Assembly (NCBI GenBank): GCA_043228905.1
Contig: JBHGNT010000002.1
Span: 4,960,001-5,024,000, forward strand
Source: Azolla caroliniana
Taxonomy: Eukaryota; Plantae; Polypodiophyta
DNA: 64,000 nucleotides
Direction of reading: 5' to 3'
In this document: piece by piece, positions 1-10,949 of the stretch
Layout: every line of letters begins with the position of its first letter
How positions within the stretch are numbered: the first letter of the stretch is position 1
The notes under the pieces: model-generated
The model's input: the letters and a program-made list of their open reading frames with translations, nothing else
What the model was told of the DNA's origin: nothing
Database searches by the model: none
Translations under genes and position numbers: made by a program

Positions 1-352
1 CCGGTCCCGCTTCCTTCTCTTTGCGATCCGCCTCTTCCTTCTTCAGCTTCTTCCCGAAGAAGCCTTCAAGTATTACCGGCCAAAACCTGGTCTTGCTTCC
101 GGTCCCGTCACTCTTGTCTCCTCCGACCCGAATTCCGGCCGATGTGGAGTAATGAATGACCTCGACATGCCGCACCACAGCCTCCTCCATCAACCTCTTC
201 ATGCTACCTCATTTGGTATTCACCTCGAGGGGTCTCTGCCTTTCGCTCTCGTGCACCCAACTATTCTAGAGGTACACCACGTTGCTCCTTAGCACCTCAA
301 CAAAGTCAACGTAGTCTCTCTGAATGTGGTTTACACCGTCACACCACATACA
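1..352 (-). pseudogene. Fragment of a Gypsy gag region related to Gypsy-A/B
   Basis: Minus strand reads MWCDGVNHIQRDYVDFVEVLRSNVVYL*...MKRLMEEAVVRHVEVIHYSTSAGIRVGG...FWPVILEG, matching ORFs 16436 and 32988 in this window; contains stops. Confidence 0.85.
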
Positions 353-358
353 CCCCAG

Positions 359-570
359 CTCGCGGCATCATTCAACATGAAGGACCTAGGGGACCTTCAT
401 TACTTCCTAGGGATCGAAGTGATCCGCACCCCCGAAGGCATACTGATTAGCCAATGACATTACGTGTTGAATATGCTCTTCAAGTTTGGGATGGCAGACT
501 GTAAGTCCATCTCAACTCCTTTGGACAGAAACGTCAAGCTTCGCCAAGATTCAGGAAAGGCGTATGGCAT
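359..570 (+). pseudogene. Ty1/copia reverse transcriptase fragment
   Basis: Translates LAASFNMKDLGDLHYFLGIEVIRTPEGILISQ*HYVLNMLFKFGMADCKSISTPL, the copia RT MKDLG...YFLGIE motif. Confidence 0.85.
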
Positions 571-763
571 TGTCGAGCAGACAAGCCGACCGAAAGGGTC
601 GAGGCTCATTGATGAGCATTGAAGTACGAGTCGGTACTTCTGTCAGTTCATATGGACTTTGTATAAAAGTGCTCTTTGAGCACATGCTATGTACAAAGTT
701 TTAGAGTATTGTTTTGAAATAGAGTTTTCCGTGTTCTGCTCTCTCTATCTCTCCCGCATACGC
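571..763 (+). mobile_element. Probable LTR fragment
   Basis: Begins TGTCG abruptly inside the copia RT; contains TATAAAA and a CT-rich tract; no 3' end identified. Confidence 0.4.
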
Positions 764-778
764 TGTCGTGAAGAATGT

Positions 779-1035
779 GCTTCACGATATAAAAATGAAC
801 TTAAATATTATATTTAGTAGTATTTGAGAGACTTGAATCCATACCCTTATATATGAAGGGCAATATACATACCACAAGGCTAGGCTATTTATTTTTAGCA
901 GTACTATCAACAATACGCTTCATGATATAAGAATGAAGCTAAATATTGTATTGAGTAAAATTGAGAGACTTGAACCCTCAACCTTATATACCAAGCACAA
1001 GGTATACACCACTAAGCTAGGTTATTTGTTGTAAA
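779..1035 (-). repeat. Two tandem ~138-bp units, each with a tRNA-like A-box/B-box
   Basis: Minus strand: TAGCCTTGTGG (882-872) with GATTCAAGTC (839-830); TAGCTTAGTGG (1019-1009) with GGTTCAAGTC (976-967); box starts 43 nt apart in both units. Confidence 0.65.
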
Positions 1036-1268
1036 AGATATTTTTCCATCACTAGCCAAAGCTCAAGTCTAATTTTCTCTCATCTAAATGTTGCAACAAA
1101 AAAATGGCAGACATATGCAACATAGAATGACGCAACACCAACAAGGAAAATGTTGCATCAAATCTCAAATAGCTTCAAACAGCAGTAGAGAATGATGGAC
1201 GATCTTCACTACAAAACATAAGTCAAAGCTCAACCCGAAAACAAAACCTCCTTCAACCCTAAAACCTC

Positions 1269-1586
1269 GCTCTAATACCAAATGTTATGGTCATGAGGAG
1301 CAAGATCAGTTGCAGTAGTGTGGAATTAATATCAACCTACATGTGATCAAATCGAAGCAAGATTAGAGCACTATGGGAGCATGAACAATGAGAGTGAGAG
1401 TGGAACACACAGTATGCACACAAAATTCCTTCCACTAATTTACAAAACCAACCTTTACAAGTATCAAGTATGTGTATCTAAGATACATTTTAGGGTTAAC
1501 TTAACCCTTTTGGCTATTTACATAATTAGCATATACAACATGTATGTCCTTTACACACACACACACACACACACAACAATTTAACA
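1269..1586 (-). mobile_element. LTR plus tRNA-Met PBS of a truncated LTR element (probably copia)
   Basis: TG...CA-bounded segment 1283-1586; GCTCTAATACCA at 1269-1280 is the reverse complement of TGGTATTAGAGC (tRNA-iMet PBS, one mismatch). Confidence 0.65.
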
Positions 1587-1618
1587 ATAAGTGGACCATG
1601 ACATCATAAACGCAATAC

Positions 1619-1801
1619 GTGTCCAAAACGACACTATTCATAAGATCCAATCGAAATATCATATTCTCTACAACAAGTTAGACTCAAATGATAATGTAAA
1701 ATGATAATGCATTTCCTCTAAGACATGTCCAAAATGACACTATTTGCATGCTCCGATAAAAAAATCCTATTCTTTACAAGAAGTTAGAGTCAAATGATAA
1801 T
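1619..1801. repeat. Diverged direct repeat, two ~77-bp copies
   Basis: gtccaaaaYgacactatt...caagttagactcaaatgataat / gaagttagagtcaaatgataat at 1619-1695 and 1725-1801. Confidence 0.7.
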
Positions 1802-1829
1802 TTAGAGTGGACATTGTGAATGAAGACTC

Positions 1830-2301
1830 ATTCTAGTAAAGGTATTGTAGTTGCATTTCCAAACCAAACTGAACCGTTCAAACCAAACTGTTTAAAAAAA
1901 TCCAAGCTCAAACCAAATGGTTTTAGATACTTCAAACTGTGGTTTCACAACTCGATTTTGGTTTAGGTCAAATTTCAATCTTAAAATGTTAAAATTATCA
2001 ATATTTTAAATTTTAAATTTTCAAGTTTAAAAGATTTTTCCTAAAATGTCAAAATTAGGCTTAAAAATGAAATGTTGTTCAAAAAATATTTAAAGAAAAT
2101 AATGTGTCGATCCTAAAATGTCAAATCGTTTAAATTGAAAACCGTGAAGCTGATAAATGCTTAAACCAAATCGAATTGTTGACACCCCAAACCGAACCGT
2201 TTTAAAAACTTGAACCTGAACCAAACTATTTAAACTATTAAGCTGTTAAGCCACAATTTGGCGTTTCGGTTATGTTCAAATCAAAATATTGTCAATTGCT
2301 A
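1830..2301. mobile_element. Degenerate hAT-type MITE
   Basis: AAACC(G/A) subterminal arrays and AT-rich core as in the MITEs at 13036 and 25370; right end ...caattgcta; left end eroded. Confidence 0.6.
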
Positions 2302-3549
2302 GAAGACACTCAACACTATTCATCTTAAAAGGAAAATATTATAGAAGTAACACATTTTCTCTACTGCAAATATAAAAATGGTGTTCTTCCAATATATCTC
2401 TTTTTATGTTGTTAAGATGCATATATTCATCGTGAATATGTAGACTCTCACCTCATATTATATCAGGGCAATAGTATTTATAAGTGCATTACAATGCAAA
2501 ATCAACTATGTAATTAATGGTTAATGTTATTCAGTATATTTTTGGTTTACATGCCATCATACATAGAATTCACTCACATTTAGTTTCATGTGTAAATTGT
2601 ATTGGTATATGGTCCACAAGATGAAATATCAACTCATGGCGCATGCCATTGGCAACACGTGGGTTTGGGTACTTGAACAACTTGCCTATTTGCAAAATTT
2701 GTTCTCTTCTTGGTTTGGACAACACACAATAACACGCTCTTGTCTAGACTATAGACTTGATGGTTGGGCTAATATAGGCCAACCTAAGTAGGGATTGTGC
2801 TTCCTTCCTTGAAATAGATCATGGATGACCATTGACATTTAAACCATGCATAAAAATAGATAATGGATGAGAAGGTTAGGTGTAAGAATTTAAAATTAGC
2901 CATCAGTGAGATGGCAGCAACATTCAATGGGTTACACAATACAAACTAGAAAAAGTATATTGAAGGTTTGGATTTTGGAAATGAGTTTTGGGTTGGGGGA
3001 GGGGACAAGTTGCAACAACACATTGAATAAACAAAACTTAAGAACATATATTAAAGGGCTCGAAAACAAGGTGGTCATTGGTCCATGTTCAAAACATTGA
3101 TAAATATGGCGAAGATGGAGGGGAAGACTATCGACAAGAGGGGGGGGAGTCAAGTGTTTTCACCATTTCAAAGAAGGAATTTCTCCATTCAACACTTAAC
3201 TTAAATACGCATACTATTTATTTGTGTATCCAAGTAAGTGTAAGCAAAGTTAGTGTTGTCTCTTTAGGAATTCAACCACTGAAAAAAAGTTGGATTGTTC
3301 TTGGAATGAGTTGAGAACTAGATTGTTTGTACTTATTAGGGTTATTACCGTTGAAAATGGGGCCACATATTGGATGTTGTGTGTGTGTGTGGGGGGGCAT
3401 TAGTTACTTTAAAAAAACATGTATTCAAAACAATCGAAAATTGGATGGTTTTTAACTTTAGACTTCCAAAATGAAGGTTAAAAATTATACCAAACATAAA
3501 ACAAAGAGAAATATATATGTACATATATAAACGGAAGGCATTTTAGGGC

Positions 3550-3620
3550 TGACGCCATCCATCACACGTGGCACGTTTCCAATGGATTGCGCGTGTCAGT
3601 GATGACGCTGACGTGTCCGG
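3550..3620 (+). promoter_or_regulatory. Cluster of bZIP-type cis-elements (ABRE/G-box, TGACG, CE3-like) upstream of the host gene
   Basis: TGACG 3550, ACACGTGGC 3564-3572, CGCGTGTC 3590-3597, TGACG 3603, TGACGTGTC 3609-3617, in a small GC island within AT-rich DNA. Confidence 0.6.
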
Positions 3621-3972
3621 AGTCGAGCTGAGCTGTGCAGATAATTTAAATTAAATAAACAAAATGGAGAAACGGAATATTTATTTATTTTTTAGTATTA
3701 ATTCTCCAAAGACAGCCGGAAATAAATATGCAGGAAAAAGTGAGAGAGAAATAGAAAGAGAGAAAAAAACAAAAAACAGAACAAACTGATGTAATGTTTT
3801 GAATACCAAATTTGTTTTATTTTTTTGCCACCCGAAATCGAAGCATCGAATTAAGATATGGTTTTTGTAAAAATCAATGAAAAAACAGAATTGTTTTGGA
3901 TTAATACAAAATATCATCTTCGGGAATTTGTTTAATATATACATAATATGATCATTAGTATTCGTCTTCTTC

Positions 3973-4145
3973 TTATTATTGCTATGTCAACATTATTATT
4001 ATTATTATTATTTGCTATTACAATTAGTATTATTGTTGTTCTTGCTGTTATTATTATTATTGGCGATTTATGATTATGATTTGCGATTATTATCATGATT
4101 TTCCATTATTATGATGTGTGATTATTATTTGCTATTATTATGATT
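3973..4145. repeat. Degenerate (ATT)n microsatellite
   Basis: Interrupted runs of attattatt. Confidence 0.8.
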
Positions 4146-5208
4146 TGTTTCATTTTGCTGCGAATGAAAAGATTGATCGCCGAAATTTAATTTTTTGGTG
4201 TTCAATTTAATTTGCCCAAAATTTTAAAAAAAATCAGTCAGGGATCAATAAACAAACAAATCGAAACACAGAGATAGAGAGAGAGGGGGAGGAAAAGAAA
4301 TAAATTGGAGGGATTCGTTCATCAGAAGAATAAATTCATCGTCGTCTCCGCTCTCTGATTTCTCGCAGAGATATTAGTTCCATTCAACCTTATCTCTGCG
4401 ATCTTTTCTGTGTCTGTGTCTGTGTCTGCCTTCTCTCTGTCTGTACCTCCATCCATTCCTCCATCTCCATCCTTATCTCTCCGTCTCCTTCCAGACCTTT
4501 TCTTCTGTCCTTCCTTTATTACTCTGCAGAAACACACAATTCCTGCCTGTTTCATACTATTATCCTTCCCGCTTTCCATTCTTATTGCCTTGCGGATTCA
4601 GCTCATCACCGAATAAACTGACTTGCCGCTGCGCTGGTCCACGAAACTGAGTTTCAGATTATAGAAACTTCTAATCCACGTAAAAAATACGTACATTTCT
4701 GCAGCGCTAATCTCGCTAGCCTTTTGTCCCTGCAGCGTCACTAATCCAACAATTTCTGGCCAGTCACTGCAGCAAACTCTAGCTAATCAAATCAGTACCC
4801 AGCTGCTGCAGCGAATGAATCCGATATATATAATCGATTAATGGAACTACTCAGCGAGCCTATATAATCTGATCGATCATTGCCAATTTGAGGATCGTCA
4901 CATTATAACTTGCCGAAATCACAATTATTTGTAGGTAGGGGATCAACGAGTATATGTAAATCTGTCTGTCTGTTTGTATTTGGACAAAACCTGCTTTGTT
5001 TTTTTCTTTCTGTGATTTCTGTTTGTTTAATACATTGATTTATTTTGCTGTTTCGTGTTTAAAATTGGATTTTCATATACATATTTCAATAAAAGATGTA
5101 TGTCGTACTGATGATTACACGGAAGGGTTAGTTAAAAAGTAAAAACCATTAGATTCGTCGAGTGTTAATGGGCTAAGTAATTAAAATTTAATGCTATTCA
5201 GGGAATGG

Positions 5209-5217
5209 TTAGGGTTT
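5209..5217 (-). promoter_or_regulatory. Telo-box (AAACCCTAA) in the presumed 5' leader
   Basis: TTAGGGTTT on the plus strand ~220 bp upstream of the ATG, just after a possible acceptor (ctattcag, ends 5201). Confidence 0.35.
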
Positions 5218-5438
5218 CGAGGAGAGCGGAGGCGGAGGAGGGACGTGCAGAGAAAGGAAGGAGCCATCATTAATCAAGAAACAAGAAGAAGAAGAAGAAA
5301 GCCAGAGGCGAAGGCATAATTTGGAAAATAAAATTTATTTATTTATTTATTTTATTTTTACTGCTTCTGCTAATTAACTTCCGTCGGAGATCAGAGAGAG
5401 GGGAGGAAAGGAAAGGAAAGGAAAGGAAAAGCAGAGCG

Positions 5439-6548
5439 ATGTCTTCGGACACGGAATCCGAGGACTCCCTGCGGCTGACGTTGTCGCCGCCGGGCTCGTC
5501 GAGGAGTACGGCCAGCAGCGCGGCCACGTCATCGTCGGCGGCACGTGACCGGCACCCGCCGCCGCCGCCGGCAGAGGTAGCCGCCGCAGCCCTCACCCTC
5601 CACTCCTCCTCCTCCTCCTCTTCCTCCGACTTCCAGCCCCGGGGCTTCCTGTCGCTTCCGGGCGCCTTGTCACGTGACTTTCTGCCTCCGCCCGCCGCCA
5701 TGTCACGTGACCTCGCCGCCGCTATGCCACGTGACCCCTCCGCCGCTATCCCGCGCGACTTCGCCACCATGGCACGTGACCTCGCCGCCGCCGCCACTCC
5801 GCCTGCGGCGGCGGAGCGGCGGGGCGCGAGCTACGCGGCGGCTCCGTCTCATTGGAGCGCCGGCGGCGCCGTGACGAAAGCAGGGGTCGACGACGCGCTG
5901 AAAGGCGTGGCGCCATACCATCATCACCATCACCCTCAACCGCACGTGGCGCCGCCGCCGGCTCCGTCTTCTTCCCATGCAGGTCACGTGACCCTGCCGC
6001 CGCCGCCGAGCGGAAGCGGAAGCGGTGCAAGAGGAGGAGGAGGAGGAGGAGGAGGGGTGGTGAAGGAGGAGAGGATCGCGCCGCCGTACCCGTGGGCGAC
6101 GGAGCGGCGGGCGGTGGTGCAGACGCTGGATCGGATGGCGGCGGGCGGGTACACGCGGATCTGGGGGGAGGTGAGCTGCAAGAAGTGCGGGAGCCACGTG
6201 ATGGAGGTGGAGGTACAGCCGGCGGTGTACGGCCTCATGGCCTACTTCATGAGCCACAGGGACTCCATGCACGACCGCGCGCCCCGCCACTGGACCGCCC
6301 CGCAGCCGCTATCCTGCCGCCTCTGCGGCCTGGCGGAGCACGCCCGCCCCGTCGTCGCCCCTAAGAAGCGAAACATCAACTGGCTCTTCCTCCTCCTCAC
6401 CGAAACGCTCGGCATCTGCACCCTCGAGCAGCTCAAGTACTTCTGCAAGCACACCCGCAAGCACCGCACCGGAGCCAAGGACCGCGTCCTCTACCTCACC
6501 TACTCCGGCCTTCTCAAGCAGCTCAATCCCAGCGCGCCCTTCGATTGA
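5439..6548 (+). CDS. Plant-specific protein of unknown function, 369 aa: low-complexity N-terminus with an LxLxL (EAR-like) motif and a conserved C-terminal domain with two CxxC pairs (resembles the Arabidopsis At1g49330/At2g16190, DUF7086-type family)
   Basis: Uninterrupted GC-rich ORF; motifs PPYPWAT, GEVSCKKC, MHDRAP..W, C..C, KKRNINWLFLLL, LEQLKYFCKH, HRTGAKDRVLYLTY...KQLNP; SLRLTLS near the N-terminus. Family label is from recall, not a search. Confidence 0.9.
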   Translation: MSSDTESEDSLRLTLSPPGSSRSTASSAATSSSAARDRHPPPPPAEVAAAALTLHSSSSSSSSDFQPRGFLSLPGALSRDFLPPPAAMSRDLAAAMPRDPSAAIPRDFATMARDLAAAATPPAAAERRGASYAAAPSHWSAGGAVTKAGVDDALKGVAPYHHHHHPQPHVAPPPAPSSSHAGHVTLPPPPSGSGSGARGGGGGGGGVVKEERIAPPYPWATERRAVVQTLDRMAAGGYTRIWGEVSCKKCGSHVMEVEVQPAVYGLMAYFMSHRDSMHDRAPRHWTAPQPLSCRLCGLAEHARPVVAPKKRNINWLFLLLTETLGICTLEQLKYFCKHTRKHRTGAKDRVLYLTYSGLLKQLNPSAPFD

Positions 6549-7796
6549 GAATCTCGATCCGAACCCAGAATATCGACTCGAATCCACTCGAATCGGAATT
6601 TGAGTGCAGGGCCTCGTGATCCATCCATCCATCCATCAAATCCTTCCTGTTTATCTTCCTGTACTCACAACGGTCCATGATTTGAAAGATCCGATCCTGT
6701 GGATCCGTAGTAGTCGTAACGCAGGGATTGATCCGATCTCGCTTCGGTGTGCCGGGTTTCATGATGGATGGAGATTGTTCGATCCTGTTGATCTGTACCG
6801 TTACGCAGCAAGCAAGTGACCTTCGATCTTATGTTGATCCTTAGTATGCAGGCAGGGATTGAAGATCGATCTCCTGCAGGTATCGAAAGATTTATCGATC
6901 AATCAAAACCCCATTTGATCCGTTTATGCAGGGCTGCGCTCCCCCACTCTCTCGATCCGATCAAATCCCAATATCAAATGCTTGTTTCTGCAGGAGATAT
7001 TGCTTCTCTTTTCCGTTTCCTTCTTTGATCATCATCAATCATTAATCTAATTCTTAGGCTTTCTTTATAACATGGATCTATATATTAAATTGAGAATGAA
7101 TCCTCATTTATATAATATTCTTTTTCTTTTCTTTTCCAAAATTTAGATAAGACAGTAAAATAACACACATCCATCATATCTTCACCATGGTGATTTTAGC
7201 TTGATCTATGTAAGTCTTTAATGGTTGTTCTGTTTTGGGGTTGATCTTAATCTACCCCTATTTGATTCAAAACCATATTCTGTCTATTAATCCCTTTAAC
7301 TCCAGTATGTTCTGTTTCATTCAAACTAGAGGATTAAACAAACTCACACCCTGTTGTAGTGAATGATTTATCATGACTAATACAATATATAACTTAAAGA
7401 TAACTAAATAATATGATATGATATTAACTTAAGATTGATTTATTATGAGCTTTATTTCTTTTAATGTAATCCTTTGGGGGAGGCACTAATTAGCAGTATT
7501 AAGTTATAGTGGACCTCATTCCTTTCTAATTCATAGATTTAAGTAAAATCTTACAAAACATATAACACTAGATAGGATCAAGTGGGATATACATATCATA
7601 GGGCAGCCAATGATATAATCACCAATCTAACTCGATCGAAATACAATTCGAAGGAAGCCAATGGCCTCACCCCCTTAGTGCTTGATTGATAAAAGGGTGA
7701 AATGTCTTGCATCAAGAGTTATATGTTTGTTGGACATTGTTAATTGCCATATCCTTAATAATGGATTGTTGTTGCTAATGGGCTCAACAATGGTTC

Positions 7797-8006
7797 CTTC
7801 TCAAGTTCAAAATGTTGTCCCATGTTCAAATTTCCCTCATAATCAAAAGAAACGTGGTTATACGTATTGAACTCTATGGCCTCATTTTCTTAAAAAGTAA
7901 CTTCTCAAGTTCAAAATGTTGTCCCATGTTCAAATTTCCCTCATAATCAAAAGAAATGTGGTTATACGTATTGAACTCTATGGCCTCATTTTCTTAAAAA
8001 GTAACT
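7797..8006. repeat. Tandem duplication, 2 x 104 bp
   Basis: cttctcaagttcaaaatg...ttaaaaagtaa at 7797 and 7901; one visible substitution. Confidence 0.95.
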
Positions 8007-9776
8007 TAAATATTGACAATAGCCAAATGTGAATGCCTCAAATGTTACGTTGGTAATGCATTATGCCTACTTGTTCTAATGTGAATTTCCATGGAGCAAA
8101 TCATGTTCAAAAACTTGTTTTCCATGTCTGTTGCCTAGTTTAACCTTGTGATGTGTTGTAGCTTCTGCGTCGATCACACTTAGACTAGAACGACTCCATG
8201 TACTCGAGAGTTTTACCAATGTTCATTAATTTGAACTTTGGAAATTCTGTTTATATTGTTCGTGGGTATGTTATTCATTATAGTTATTAGTATATTTTGT
8301 GTCCTTGAGTTTGAGGAAGGTCTATGTTTTCTTTGAGATCAAAACCTAATAGTGCATCTTAAACAAGGGGCAAGCTGATTAGATTTCTAAATTGTCATGA
8401 TTGGGGATCAATATCCACCTTTTCTCTTTCTATAACGTCCCTTAACAAACAATAACTCAGTTTAACTAATTAAATGAGCTAGCGGCTTTGGCAGAAATGT
8501 CATAAATTTAGTTGTGGTCATGCAAATTTCTATATTTTGTTAACACATATTTGGTTGATCATTAGTAACCTTGAACTTGGAAAGTTCTCATATGTGAGTT
8601 ACAAGTTGAGCTACATAAATAAGGGACCATCAAGAATTTAATAATGTTTGATTTTGTCAATTGAATGTCGTCTATGTTCAACATAGAATTTCATGTTATA
8701 TAACACTTGTCCAGTCAAATGTAGTTAATTTGACAATTACTATTAGGCCATATAATTCTAGTATTCTTCAACTAAATTTTTTAAATAATTTTGGAATTAT
8801 TAAAGGATGAATACTTCATTATTATATGAAAAACTTGGTAGTAAATATATGATCAACGTGAAGGGTAATAGATTGGATGTAATTCATTGGTGAGCCTCAC
8901 AAACATTGAGAGTAATTAGATTGCACATTATAAGGTTCGATAGCTAAAGATGTGCGTAACGTAATACAAATGGGGCTTCGTATTAACATACATGAAGGGT
9001 AAAATACCTAAATGTCAAGTGCTTTGATTGTTGGTAGAAAACTGGCTTCTGAAGTGTAGGTCTAGAGAAATCGATCTATATTCTATTATATCGGCATATT
9101 TAAAATGCTGAGTAAAGTATAAATTTTCAACTTAAAAGAATGTTACATCAACATTCTACAGGGAGCACCACCTCATGCCTATAAAATTCATAAAAAAAAA
9201 CTCAAATTGATCAAATATTTATAATGGATTCAATCAACATTGTGCCTTGCGATGAGAATTTGAGATACCCACATAATTGAGTGAATTTCTAGTAAATTGA
9301 GAGATAAGGTTATATAATGGAAGTCCCAATCCTGACCATTTTATTTTTCCTAAAATTGTACAATGCATTATTATGGAACTTGTATTGTACTTTTTACCAT
9401 TACTACCATGGACCAAGAAGGCCTTGCATGCACTTTTGCAACCCTAGCAAATAACTAATGTCAACCTATCCAATATCCATTAGATGGAAGATTGCGCAAC
9501 ATCATTACCTAGAATCGGAACATCCATTAGATTTGGATCAAGATCTATATCAATAACACAAATTGTGGTAATACCTAGAGTGCTTCATCCTTGAAGGGTG
9601 ATAGGTTATTCACGTTTATCAATAAGTTTTTTAAAAGAAAGATTCACCTCAGTATATTACTTGAAAACTGTACATGATGTTCCTACTCTCTAGAAACACT
9701 TAGTCGAATACTTAATCACCAAAGATTGTGGTTGAACAGATGAGAATTTACACAAGAGATTGATAAACAAATACGT

Positions 9777-10949
9777 TGTCGTATTGTATTTCGTACACTA
9801 CGTGAAAAATTGCATTTTGGTTCCTACGGATGGGACAAGGAGGAACCGGTGAGAACCGGATGAAGGAGGAATCGGCAAGGAGGAACCGGTAAGGAGGACC
9901 CGGTAAGGAGAACCGGATGAAAGAGGAACCGGTACGGAGACCCGGTAAGAACCGGATCAAGCAGAACCGGCAAGAGCCGGATAAAGAAGGCCGGTGAGAG
10001 TCTCTCACCGGATGAGGAGACAAAATTGTAAATAGAAGAAAAGATTATTACATGCATAGGGCAAGATTCGGATCAAGCAGAACCGGCAAGAGCTGGATAA
10101 AGAAGGCCGGTGAGAGTCTCTCACCGGATGAGGAGACAAAATTGTAAATAGAAGAAAAGATTATTACATGCATAGGGTAAGATTCGGATCAAGCAGAACC
10201 GGCAAGAGCTGGATAAAGAAGGCCGGTGAGAGTCTCTCACCGGATGAGGAGACAAAATTGTAAATAGAAGAAAAGATTATTACATGTATAGGGCAAGATT
10301 TGAACCTTGTACCTCCATGAACATAATGTGAAGCTTTACCATTACACTAACATATCATTAGTTTAAATAAGTAGACGTCCCACCTAGAAAGGTAAGTCCA
10401 CACTAGGATAAACTTTAGTTAGAAGAAAACGCACGATAAAAGAAAAAGCCACATAAGCACATCTAGCGTGCATGAACACTATAGTTGATAAAAACGCATC
10501 AAGATAGAAAAAGCATGATTACTTTAGAAAAAGCATGTTAGATAAAGCATATAGTCTCTATTATTAGAGAAAAAACATGCATTATTAAGACTCTCTCATC
10601 ACTATATAAGGATGGGGAGCACAATGTAATAGGGGGTGTGAAATATTTGGAAATTGGATATATTTCTAAAAGAAACACCAATTAATTATATTCGTGGGAT
10701 TCATGAAATAAACTATACCCGTGGGATTCACGAGGTTTCTATATTCTTCTCTTTCTATCTACATTCATATTATTATCTTAATATTGATTAATCTAATACA
10801 ATACACTTGTGGGATTCACAAGGTTTCTATATCTCTTTCCTACAACCTATTTATATTCTAATTAGTCTCAAATTCTTCCTCCTCCTAGTCCAAAACCCCG
10901 GCGGTTCCCACCCGACTCACGCAACGATCTGGCGCCGAAAGGCACGACA
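9777..10949 (+). mobile_element. Solo LTR (TGTCGT...CACGACA) with 4-bp TSD ACGT
   Basis: Inverted termini; ACGT at 9773-9776 and 10950-10953; TATA at ~10603; internal ACCGG arrays; antisense A/B box at 10349-10296. Confidence 0.8.
9953..10300. repeat. 3 x 116-bp tandem array inside the solo LTR
   Basis: Units start at 9953, 10069 and 10185; each contains the inverted repeat CCGGTGAGAG-T-CTCTCACCGG. Confidence 0.95.

Noticed and set aside
1381-4616. Short AT-rich ORFs upstream of the gene (and similar ones at 7682-9416 and 25040-26627)
   Set aside because: No motifs, biased composition, several overlap repeats; no support as genes.
5339-6632. Overlapping ORFs on other frames and the opposite strand of the host gene
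   Set aside because: Expected by-products of very high GC content; no recognisable motifs.
6616-6775. miRNA-like hairpin from (ATCC)n and GATGGATGG
   Set aside because: Pairing is short and due to a simple repeat; no extended duplex visible.
9953-10300. CRISPR-like array (palindromic repeats); same idea for 58915-59607
   Set aside because: Whole units repeat with no unique spacers, there are no cas genes, and the context is eukaryotic.
10930-10940. TGGCGCCG as a primer-binding site
   Set aside because: It lies inside the segment closed by CACGACA and the ACGT TSD, so it is internal to the solo LTR.
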